The notes below the pieces were generated by a model, which saw nothing but the letters and a program-made list of their open reading frames with translations, had not been told where the DNA came from and made no database searches. A program made the translations under genes and the position numbers. Source: Candidatus Woesearchaeota archaeon (GTDB lineage: Archaea; Nanobdellota; Nanobdellia; Woesearchaeales; 0-14-0-80-44-23). From it: a stretch of DNA of 40,791 nt. Each line of letters begins with the position of its first letter. The stretch's first letter is position 1. Below are positions 33,756-40,791 of the stretch, piece by piece. Location of the stretch: the NCBI GenBank assembly GCA_026394965.1, contig JAPLZQ010000095.1:1-40791 (forward strand), read 5' to 3'.

Positions 33756-35516
33756 TTAAGGATACTTTTTTGAGAAGTCAATATAATAGGCGTCCATTAT
33801 TTTTATCTGATAATTCACCTTTACAGTTGTAAGCTCGGGCTTGGTTGAGCGTTTTATTGTGTATTCTGCAATGAAACTCTCCCCTTTTGACAATTCAGTG
33901 GCGCTTATCATAAGCATGTTCCCGCTAATCTCATTTTTTATGTCTCCAGATGCTTTCTTTGAAATGCTTACCTCTCCGACAATCTCCGAGTTTTCAGGAA
34001 TTACCTCAGAAAGGGCAAGGTTTTCAAGCATTGCACTTCCTAAATTAAGCACGCTTATCTGAATCCTGAACTTTGAGTCCTTGCAGGGGAAAATGCGCTT
34101 TGAGATTTCAAGGGGGTCCCTGCTCCTTCTCTTTTCTGCAAGCCATGCTTTAATCCATATGAATAATAGGAGCAGAATAAGAATGATTAAATTTATTGCA
34201 ATAAGCGAAATTACAGATGTAGGGGGTATAAATTTCGGAAGCTCTGTTCTCGGCGTTTTAACTGACTCAAGAATTATCTCATACTTCCCGCCGAGTCTTC
34301 TTTCATATGAAATCCTTATGTCCTGCTGTTCATCCTTGTCCAAATCCACAAGCGTTTCAGCGGGCTTTCTGAAAAGGAATCCGGGACCGCTGAAGAATCC
34401 TATGAATATTGAATCTCCTGACATGTTTGTTAAGGTGAGGAAATAATTCTTGTCATTGTAGATGAAGAACCATATTGGGCCTTCATACGTTGTGACATTG
34501 AAGATGTTTTGGAGCTTGAAGTTTCCGATGTAAATTATCTCTGCCCGGGTAAACCTTGCCGCTTCTTTAGGGGTAAGCTCCTCAACTGGCTTATTTGTAA
34601 TCCCGCTTTCATTTTTATTTTCTCTTATGTATTTCGAGATGAAGACGCTTCCCTTTGCTGCATCTCCCTCCCCCCCTGTCTCATTCCCCATGCTGCCCTG
34701 AGATTCGTTTGTTGTTCCTGCAACTCCTCCCGTTCCTCCTCCCTCATCTCCTGTTTCAATCACTTCCAGAGGAATCACATTAAGAGTGAATATCTCATGG
34801 ATTGCTGAGCAGGCATCGCTTATTACTATTGTAATTATGAATGTTCCAGTATCATTTGCCTGAAAGCTGATAAGCCCGCTTGAATTGTCTATTGTGAAAA
34901 GTGCGCTGTTGTCAGTGAATGAAAGGGAATCCCCGTCAGGGTCGCTTGCTATCACCTTATAGATGAAATAATCACCCTTGTTTATCGTGAATGAACTGAT
35001 TGGGTTTATCAGCGGAGGGCTAGGAGGGCTGTTCCCGAAGCAGTACCGAAACTGCCCGGCATCGCTCCAGTTGCTGTAATTGGCGCTGTCAAAAGCCCGG
35101 ACTCTCCAGTAATAATTGATAAAAGAGTATGACACTATCGGGTTCGTGTTTGTCTTTTCAGGGGTTTCAGATATTCCCGTCTGGTTCACAAGAGTCCCTT
35201 CAGGCGAGAAATTAAGATTGTTTGCAAGAATGAATTCATATGTAACAGAATCCCCGTTTGGGTCAATTGTGTTGTTCCAGAAGAAATTTATGCTCTCATT
35301 GTATGTTAGGGAGTCGTTTTCAGGAAGATAAATATTCGGCTTTAAAGGCGGGACATCTATAACATTCACTCCGGATGATGCAAATCCCGTTATTTTAAAT
35401 CTGCTTTCGGAATTGAAGAATACTGCAAACAGGAATACTGCAGAAAGAAAGCCAATCAGCAGGGCAAATGAAAGCGCGCTCTTGTTAAGGGCGCCCAAGC
35501 GTCCAAAGCCAGCCAT
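33756..35516 (-). CDS. bitopic surface protein with Fn3-like and cadherin-like modules (586 aa)
   Basis: Trimmed to the ATG at 35516 (MAGFGRLGALNK...), 1 nt after the upstream stop. Domain order:
- TM helix;
- YYWRVRAFD Fn3-like module;
- ASDPDGDSLSF module;
- Gly/Thr linker;
- second TM helix;
- ~125-aa DUF11/CARDB-like C-terminal domain. Confidence 0.8.
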   Translation of the reverse strand: MAGFGRLGALNKSALSFALLIGFLSAVFLFAVFFNSESRFKITGFASSGVNVIDVPPLKPNIYLPENDSLTYNESINFFWNNTIDPNGDSVTYEFILANNLNFSPEGTLVNQTGISETPEKTNTNPIVSYSFINYYWRVRAFDSANYSNWSDAGQFRYCFGNSPPSPPLINPISSFTINKGDYFIYKVIASDPDGDSLSFTDNSALFTIDNSSGLISFQANDTGTFIITIVISDACSAIHEIFTLNVIPLEVIETGDEGGGTGGVAGTTNESQGSMGNETGGEGDAAKGSVFISKYIRENKNESGITNKPVEELTPKEAARFTRAEIIYIGNFKLQNIFNVTTYEGPIWFFIYNDKNYFLTLTNMSGDSIFIGFFSGPGFLFRKPAETLVDLDKDEQQDIRISYERRLGGKYEIILESVKTPRTELPKFIPPTSVISLIAINLIILILLLLFIWIKAWLAEKRRSRDPLEISKRIFPCKDSKFRIQISVLNLGSAMLENLALSEVIPENSEIVGEVSISKKASGDIKNEISGNMLMISATELSKGESFIAEYTIKRSTKPELTTVKVNYQIKIMDAYYIDFSKKYP

Positions 35517-35517
35517 C

Positions 35518-38496
35518 TTAACACTCGCCTCTATTCCTGAGAACAGAAAGGGCTTCTTCCCTGCTCCTGACTCTTTCCATTTCTGCTGCAAGCCTTCTGT
35601 CATTGAGGCTTTTTTTCAGCCAGATTGAAAAGTCATTTTTCTCAAAATTCACGTGATAATTAAAGGTCTCAGAATCCATGCTTTCAAGGGCATTCTCAAG
35701 TTCACTTACATTTTTCAGAACCATTCCATTGTAAAGCCTAAGGAAATCCTTTTCATTCAGGGGCTCATCATCTGAAATTTTTTCTTTAGGTTCTCTTGGC
35801 AATGCCCTTGCGCTGTTTTTTTTCAGGAGCTCACTCTTGTCCCTTACTATTTTCTTAGAATCTTCATTAAGTCCGTCAAGGGGAAGCGAGCTTATTATCA
35901 ATGCACGCTCGTCTGCCTGTCCTATCAGATTTTTCCCTGAAAAACTATAATCTGAAGCATAGGAATAAGGGCGGCTTTCTTCATTTAAGCCCTTTTCAAG
36001 CTCTGAGCTTTTTGGGAGTGTACTTTCTATTATGTCATCTATGTCATCTTCCCTGTTCCTTCCAATCCTGAAGTAATAGGCAAGGAGAAGCCCAACAATT
36101 ATCACGCCAATTATTATTCCCGCGTATTTTGCATTTCCCTTTATGCTGTTGAAAACCGAATTTCCAGTGAGCGGGCTTGTTTTTTTATCCTTTCCTTCTG
36201 TCAGGAGGATTGTCTTTATCCCCGAAAGCTCTGATTCTCCTGTCTTTTCCTTGATATAAAATGCTATTTCCAGTTTTTCTCCCTCGGATATTGAACTGTA
36301 TTTCCAGCTTATTATCGGATCGTTTTCTATAATCTGGTATCCCGGAGTGAGGAATTCCAGCATTGAGGAATCCTCTGCAACTGATTTTGGTATTATCACC
36401 ACAATTTCGCTGTTGTTTACTGCTCTGCTGAAAGAGAGGGTTTCAGAAACAAGGGTGTATTCCTCTGTTGAGGATTCATATATTACGCTTAAACTGACTG
36501 GCTTTATCCTTGTGAAAAATATTCCCTGAAGTTCTGATGTTTCAGACATGTATTCAAGGTCAGAGGCGTATTCGCTCCTTGCTTTTGAAATGGCTTCTGC
36601 TATGTCCTCTGAGCCTGCCTGAACCCCGAACTCATTCATATTCTCTGTCCTTATGTCAATCGGGACTGATTTTTCAATTGATTTTATTGAGAGCTCCTGC
36701 CTTGCAAGGTTTGACTTAAGTTCCTCCTCATTTGCGCTTTTTGACTTAAGCTGATTAAGCTCAGAATATATGCTTTCAAGCCTTGATTTGGCATCTTCAA
36801 CATCCTTAAGGAGCCCTATTTTTTCCATAAGGGCTTTGTCTCCCTTTTCCAGAAGGTTCTTCTCCCTCGCTAAAATCTTCTGCATTGATGAGTCAGCAAG
36901 ATTTATCGCATCATCAATCTTTTTCAGAATTGTTGGCGAAAGAGTTGAGTTTCCCTTATTGCTGCTCTTTGTGGAGATTGCATATGATTCAGCTGAAAGA
37001 GCACCCTCATTATCCGCCTTGTCAACTGCTGAAACAGCATAGTAATAAGTTGTTCCTGAAGCCACATTTGTGTCAGCATAGCTGTTTCCTGATGAGTTGG
37101 CGTAAAAGTTGAGCAGGGAAACTCCTGAAGAGGTGCTTCTGTATATTCTGAATCCCTTGACCTCCTCCCCGTCATACCTCCATGAAAGCCTTATGCTTCC
37201 GTCACTTGCGCTGAATGCCTCTATAACAGGGGTTGGCGGCTTTATTGTGTCCACGAGGAATACCTTTCCTTCTTTTATTATGCTGCCGGTAATCCCCCAG
37301 TAATCTGTTGCAGAGAAGCTGAATGAGCCAACCTGGTTGCCCCTGTCGCCCTCTATTATCATGAATCCGTTCCAGATGTTCCCTGAGCCGCTCAGCGGTA
37401 TGGGATATGCTGATGAGCTTCCCAGCTGGTAATTCAGGATTGGGGTTGACTGGACATTCTTTGAGGTTGTAAGAGTCACTTCATAGACGCCCTCTTTCAG
37501 GGGAGATGATTTTGAGATTTCAACTCTGGCAGAGGGCGGAAGGCTTACCTCAAATCTTATCGTGTAATTCTCAGCCATCCTGTTTCCGTAAAGGTCTGTG
37601 CAGCTTATGTAGTAATTGTAGTTCCCTTCTGAAAGCCCTTCCATCTGGTAGGAATGGGTAATCCGGTTATCTGTATGCATTGGTGACATTAGGAGATACG
37701 TTCCATTTTCCCTGCTTTGCCTGCATTCAGATTCCTCGCTTGTTATCACCGTCAATGTTGCATATGATGATACAACTGCGCTCCTTGGCGAAAAATCAGT
37801 TATTATGGGGGGCGTTGTGTCAATAGTTATAGGAACTGAATAGGACTGAGGCATTGTGTTATTGTAGGAATCAGCGCATTTCACAAAGAACTCCATGCTT
37901 CCTTCTGACAATGTTGCGTTGTAGTAATGCTTCTGCCCTGCTCCCAAAAGCTCTGCCTCCATCAATTCATAGCTTTTATCAATGTCTGAAAAAGAGCCCC
38001 TGCATGTTGAGTTCTCATTTGTAGTTATCGCAATCTGGATTTTCGTGCTGTTCAAGGTATTAGATGGATAAACTGAAACTATCTCAGGCGGGCTTATGTC
38101 AAGGCTCAAAAGGACTTTTCCTGCCTTGAATGCGCTCTCAAGAGAGGATGTTCCGTTGAAGAGAGTTGCTGTTATGAAATAGTCGCCCTGTGCTGTTGCA
38201 GTGAATATCCGGGATTTACTAATCGAATAGATTCCTGAGGAGTAGGAGAATTCAGAATCTGAAAATGTGATTTCAGATGGTGCAGCAATGTTGCCGCTTG
38301 ATATTACTGATATTGAGCCGTTGAAGGGATTGTTTGCATCAATTGAGAAGAGCACAGCATTCTCTCCCAGGAGAATATTGGAGTTCACTATTATCTCAAT
38401 TCCCGCGCTTGCAGAGAGGGAAAGAATTATTGTAATTAAAAGTGCCCGCGCCAGAAATAATGTCTCCGTTCCCAGTCCAGCTGTTGTTTTTCTCAT
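35518..38496 (-). CDS. giant bitopic surface protein (992 aa)
   Basis: Domain order:
- signal peptide;
- several Ig-like modules;
- a clear Fn3 module (IRLSWRYDGEEVKGFRIYRS...TTYYYAVSAVDKADNEG);
- a coiled-coil segment;
- TM helix IIIGVIIVGLLLAYYF;
- a ~183-aa C-terminal tail. Confidence 0.85.
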   Translation of the reverse strand: MRKTTAGLGTETLFLARALLITIILSLSASAGIEIIVNSNILLGENAVLFSIDANNPFNGSISVISSGNIAAPSEITFSDSEFSYSSGIYSISKSRIFTATAQGDYFITATLFNGTSSLESAFKAGKVLLSLDISPPEIVSVYPSNTLNSTKIQIAITTNENSTCRGSFSDIDKSYELMEAELLGAGQKHYYNATLSEGSMEFFVKCADSYNNTMPQSYSVPITIDTTPPIITDFSPRSAVVSSYATLTVITSEESECRQSRENGTYLLMSPMHTDNRITHSYQMEGLSEGNYNYYISCTDLYGNRMAENYTIRFEVSLPPSARVEISKSSPLKEGVYEVTLTTSKNVQSTPILNYQLGSSSAYPIPLSGSGNIWNGFMIIEGDRGNQVGSFSFSATDYWGITGSIIKEGKVFLVDTIKPPTPVIEAFSASDGSIRLSWRYDGEEVKGFRIYRSTSSGVSLLNFYANSSGNSYADTNVASGTTYYYAVSAVDKADNEGALSAESYAISTKSSNKGNSTLSPTILKKIDDAINLADSSMQKILAREKNLLEKGDKALMEKIGLLKDVEDAKSRLESIYSELNQLKSKSANEEELKSNLARQELSIKSIEKSVPIDIRTENMNEFGVQAGSEDIAEAISKARSEYASDLEYMSETSELQGIFFTRIKPVSLSVIYESSTEEYTLVSETLSFSRAVNNSEIVVIIPKSVAEDSSMLEFLTPGYQIIENDPIISWKYSSISEGEKLEIAFYIKEKTGESELSGIKTILLTEGKDKKTSPLTGNSVFNSIKGNAKYAGIIIGVIIVGLLLAYYFRIGRNREDDIDDIIESTLPKSSELEKGLNEESRPYSYASDYSFSGKNLIGQADERALIISSLPLDGLNEDSKKIVRDKSELLKKNSARALPREPKEKISDDEPLNEKDFLRLYNGMVLKNVSELENALESMDSETFNYHVNFEKNDFSIWLKKSLNDRRLAAEMERVRSREEALSVLRNRGEC

Positions 38497-38572
38497 TTTA
38501 AACGAATTATTTTTTCCGCTTGCAATTCTGAAGCGGAATTCAAATATTCATTCAGAAAAGTATTTTTCATCA

Positions 38573-38725
38573 TACCTTCATCTTTGAAATCAGCCCGTTG
38601 TCTTTTTTGACTGAGTCCTCAACTGCCTTCTGCAGGTATTTCTTAAGAGTTGTTCCCTTAAGGAAGGCAATAACCTTCGCTTTTGTGTGCAGCTCGTCTT
38701 CCAAATCCATGTTTATCTTTTTCAT
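38573..38725 (-). CDS. ribbon-helix-helix (CopG-like) small protein, 50 aa (not in ORF track)
   Basis: My translation is MKKINMDLDELHTKAKVIAFLKGTTLKKYLQKAVEDSVKKDNGLISKMKV. The beta-strand/helix/helix pattern is typical of RHH regulators. It lies 76 nt upstream of the 992-aa gene on the same strand. Confidence 0.55.
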
Positions 38726-38839
38726 CTTTCCCTTCTCTTGCTTTTTTTTAAAAAATGCGAAAAGGCAGCATCTTCAGAATTAATGCTACCCATTACCAAC
38801 TTAGTATAGTTATTTATGTAATTTATATACTTTTCTATT

Positions 38840-38855
38840 CTTTAGTATACTAAAG
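38840..38855. promoter_or_regulatory. perfect 16-bp palindrome CTTTAGTATACTAAAG
   Basis: It lies just upstream of a minus-strand TATA-like element (AAAGTATATAAAT, about 38816-38832). The half-site TTAGTATA recurs at 38804-38811. Confidence 0.5.
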
Positions 38856-38993
38856 GATAAGAGTGCCTTAATAGACATAAATAATTAAAGTTATAAAAAT
38901 ACTTTAATTATTAAAGTTATTAAAATAATTCGGCAGAGGAAGGGTTAATTTTATAAACAAAATGCATTATCCATTTTCTGTTTGTTTTTTTCA

Positions 38994-39128
38994 GGGGACA
39001 TAGTATAACCTGGCTAGAACGTGAGGCTCCAGAAACTGGAGCGCTGAGCGAAAGCGATGAAGAACTTAGGGTATGAGTTCAATACTTGGTGATACCTTGA
39101 GATCGGGGTTCAAATCCCCGTGTCCCCA
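38994..39128 (+). tRNA. tRNA-Trp (anticodon CCA) with a 61-nt intron
   Basis: Cloverleaf elements:
- acceptor stem GGGGACA/TGTCCCC;
- D arm GTAT-AACCTGGCTA-GAAC;
- anticodon stem TGAGG/CCTTG;
- anticodon loop C-T-CCA-G;
- T arm CGGGG-TTCAAAT-CCCCG;
- discriminator A.
No encoded CCA. The mature length is 74 nt after removing 39033-39093 (junction ambiguous by 1 nt). Confidence 0.9.
39033..39093 (+). ncRNA. tRNA-Trp intron with box C/D-like elements
   Basis: The intron lies at the canonical 37/38 site. CUGA (39044-47) follows CUGGAGC, which is complementary to G31-G37. GAUGA lies at 39056-60. AUGA (39073-76) comes exactly 12 nt later. GUGAU lies at the 3' end. Confidence 0.5.
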
Positions 39129-39140
39129 TTTATTTTTTCT
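39129..39140 (+). terminator. oligo-T tract after the tRNA
   Basis: TTTATTTTTTCT lies immediately 3' of the discriminator base. Archaeal RNA polymerase terminates at T runs. Confidence 0.5.
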
Positions 39141-39237
39141 TAGAATTTCCTATGAACTTTTATTTACAATTATTTCTATTTTTAGATTATCCAGGTTTTA
39201 TAATCATTAAAATTCATTCTTTCAATTATAATCTCTT

Positions 39238-39603
39238 TCAGAGTGATTTTATTCTAAGAACATCGCCGATTTTTGCTTTCTTGGCACTATTCATATTGAT
39301 GGAAATCTCAAGTATGTGCTTTGCCTTTTTCCTTGGAGAGTAAACCGTGAAAGGGAGAAGAACTGCTTTTTCAACAATCCTGAATTTTGAGTCAAGAAAA
39401 ATCGCGCATATCGGAAAGAAAACGAAGAGCATGTGCAACGGCACAATGTCTTCCTTTTTAAAGGTAAACAGGAGATCCCTCTTAAGCGAGAACATAAGCC
39501 CTCTTGCCTGCGAAAACATGCTTGTGCATAAAGATGCCCTTTCCGAGATAACTCCCTTACCTTTTATGTCTATTTTTATACATTTTACCATATTAGTATC
39601 CAT
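39238..39603 (-). CDS. DUF192 (COG1430) family protein
   Basis: The blocks ARGLMF...LLFTF...PLHMLFVFFPICAIFLD...RIVE...AKHILEI...IGDVL follow the DUF192 pattern. Confidence 0.7.
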   Translation of the reverse strand: MDTNMVKCIKIDIKGKGVISERASLCTSMFSQARGLMFSLKRDLLFTFKKEDIVPLHMLFVFFPICAIFLDSKFRIVEKAVLLPFTVYSPRKKAKHILEISINMNSAKKAKIGDVLRIKSL

Positions 39604-39673
39604 AAAACCGCAAAGTATTTAAATATGTTGTGTTTTTTTATAATAAGATTATTTTGTTAAAGGTGATAAATTT

Positions 39674-39970
39674 ATGAAGCGACTGAAGAGATATGTCACA
39701 GAAATAAAGCAGAGCCTCTCAGGCACAACATCCCAGGACAGGTTCAACATAATCCTTGTGTGCAGGGATGCAATCTGCTACATCGTCAGGAATTCTGAAA
39801 AGCCAGGCTACCTCGACCTGAGAAAGAGCTTTGAGGACATGGAAGTGCTTGCAGAGAATGCAGCTTCAGAAGGGCAGCACAAGAAGATGGATGTAACCCA
39901 TTCCCGTGCTGAAAAGATGAAGACGATTGTTTCTGCCCTTGAGAAATACTTCGCTTCAAAAGGGATTTAA
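39674..39970 (+). CDS. hypothetical protein (98 aa)
   Basis: A strong SD (AAGGTGAT) ends 6 nt before the ATG. No recognisable motif. Confidence 0.65.
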   Translation: MKRLKRYVTEIKQSLSGTTSQDRFNIILVCRDAICYIVRNSEKPGYLDLRKSFEDMEVLAENAASEGQHKKMDVTHSRAEKMKTIVSALEKYFASKGI

Positions 39971-39989
39971 TCCCTTTCTATTTCTTTTT

Positions 39990-40409
39990 TTAAATCTGCC
40001 TGGACAGGACTATAATCTCCCTGTTGTTTATTTTGGCTGACTCGAGAAGGCTGTTTTTCTTAAGCTCGTCTATATACCTGTAGAATGTGGCTTTTGAGCA
40101 GTATCTCATCTGGTCAACAGCAATCTCCTTGAGCTCAGGGATGCTTATGTTCCTGCTGCTCCCGATTAAATCCATAATCTTGCCCTTGACAAGGTTTCTC
40201 TTGTTCCTGTTAAATTTCTGAAGAATCTCCTTTTTCAGCGGCTCCTCATTCTTTTTTTCAAGCGCCGATGTAAGCTTTTTTATTTCCTTCAGAAGAAGTT
40301 TGTTCTGTTTTTCAAGGAGCTCAATCTTCTTGTTGCTGTTGTCAATATCCTCTTTCACCTTTGCAAAGGTGCTCTTCAGAGAAAATTTAAGCTCTTCGAC
40401 ATCCCCCAT
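39990..40409 (-). CDS. coiled-coil plus winged-helix DNA-binding protein (139 aa)
   Basis: The N-terminal heptad-like region is KIELLEKQNKLLLKEIKKLTSALEKK. The C-terminal ISIPELKEIAVDQMRYCSKATFYRYIDELKKNSLL is wHTH-like. TATA-like AAAGATTTTTATATTAG on the minus strand lies about 25 nt upstream, which suggests a leaderless transcript. Confidence 0.7.
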   Translation of the reverse strand: MGDVEELKFSLKSTFAKVKEDIDNSNKKIELLEKQNKLLLKEIKKLTSALEKKNEEPLKKEILQKFNRNKRNLVKGKIMDLIGSSRNISIPELKEIAVDQMRYCSKATFYRYIDELKKNSLLESAKINNREIIVLSRQI

Positions 40410-40449
40410 GAAAACAAGGCATAAACATCTAATATAAAAATCTTTCTAA

Positions 40450-40577
40450 TGAGACAAGTCTCATACAGTCCTGAGACTTAACTGAGACACCCCCTTATTT
40501 CCTATTGACGACACCCCCCTGTTTCCTGTGGAACATTTGAGACAAAATTGAGACAATACTGAGACAGGATTGAGACA
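40450..40577. repeat. TGAGAC(A) iteron array
   Basis: Palindrome TGAGAC-AA-GTCTCA (40450-63). Single copies at 40472 and 40483, and a variant TGACGACA at 40507. Four copies lie at 40538, 40549, 40560 and 40571, exactly 11 bp apart. Confidence 0.85.
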
Positions 40578-40707
40578 AAAACAGCGATTTGAGGCATCTT
40601 TTGAAATTGGCTGTTAATTCATCAATCCTTTTGATTAATTGGATAAGGAAAGCGGCTTAAATCCCCAAAAAGCAGTTTCTGAAATTAAAATGAAGATTTT
40701 TTAACAG

Positions 40708-40791
40708 GTGTGAGCCAGAAATCTCCGCACACAAAACGCAAAGACAGGGTCTTGCGCACAAAAATTGTTTTAACAATTTTTTGTGAATTGC
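40708..40791. repeat. second locus of the tandem-hairpin repeat family (cut by window end)
   Basis: Hairpins GTGTG...CACAC (40708-33), GCAAAGAC...GTCTTGC (40738-55) and CACAAAAATTGTT/AACAATTTTTTGTG (40757-85). They share GCGCACAA and AGAAATCTC strings with the 29.8-kb array. Confidence 0.65.

Noticed and set aside
35517-35603. N-terminal 29 codons of ORF 33756-35603
   Set aside because: This extension overlaps the end of the 992-aa gene. The ATG at 35516 sits 1 nt after that stop and gives a standard basic-then-hydrophobic N-terminus.
38267-38783. Plus-strand ORFs 38267-38587 and 38598-38783
   Set aside because: The first is antisense to the 5' end of the 992-aa gene. The second is antisense to the RHH-like ORF, which has a far more protein-like translation.
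39347-39622. 91-aa plus-strand ORF, and 39152-39343
   Set aside because: They are antisense to or overlap the DUF192-like gene, whose translation follows a known family pattern.
38994-40791. Integrated mobile element inserted at tRNA-Trp
   Set aside because: The context is suggestive: a tRNA, small hypothetical genes and iterons. However, I found no integrase, no Rep-like protein and no direct repeat of the tRNA 3' end within the window. It is left as a possibility under the iteron finding only.

Overview
AT-rich archaeal window. The evidence for archaeal origin is BRE/TATA-type promoters, an AglB oligosaccharyltransferase, a geranylgeranyl-reductase homologue and an intron-containing tRNA. 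The style fits a small-genome uncultivated archaeon (DPANN-like), but lineage cannot be proven from this window. All functional calls come from motif recognition by eye on the supplied ORF translations; no database search was run.

The window has three parts.

(1) 1-18.7 kb is a glycosylation island. It holds a radical SAM fragment, four GT2 glycosyltransferases, rmd and gmd (GDP-D-rhamnose route), wecC and wecB (UDP-ManNAcA route), a GT-C (ArnT/PMT-like) enzyme, a flippase-like protein, DUF2304, aglB and a GGR-family reductase. An MFS exporter, a RelE/ParE-like toxin-antitoxin pair and a Fic gene interrupt it.

(2) 18.8-38.7 kb is an accessory island of secreted or membrane-anchored proteins with no recognisable enzymatic function. 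Its members are:
- a 1055-aa protein that is about 12 percent cysteine, with three 657/657/660-nt tandem repeats;
- CARDB-like anchored proteins;
- a pair of sequon-dense paralogues (316 and 678 aa) with a TasA/SipW-like signal motif;
- two giant bitopic proteins (992 and 586 aa) behind a small ribbon-helix-helix gene that is missing from the ORF track.
An amino-acid permease splits this island.

(3) 38.9-40.8 kb holds three things:
- tRNA-Trp(CCA), whose 61-nt intron has box C/D-like elements positioned to target C34;
- DUF192 and two small genes, one of them a wHTH gene preceded by an 11-bp-phased TGAGACA iteron array;
- one of two loci of a tandem-hairpin repeat family.

The best candidate for an undescribed system is the surface-protein island, and within it the 316/678-aa paralogue cluster with its partner membrane proteins.
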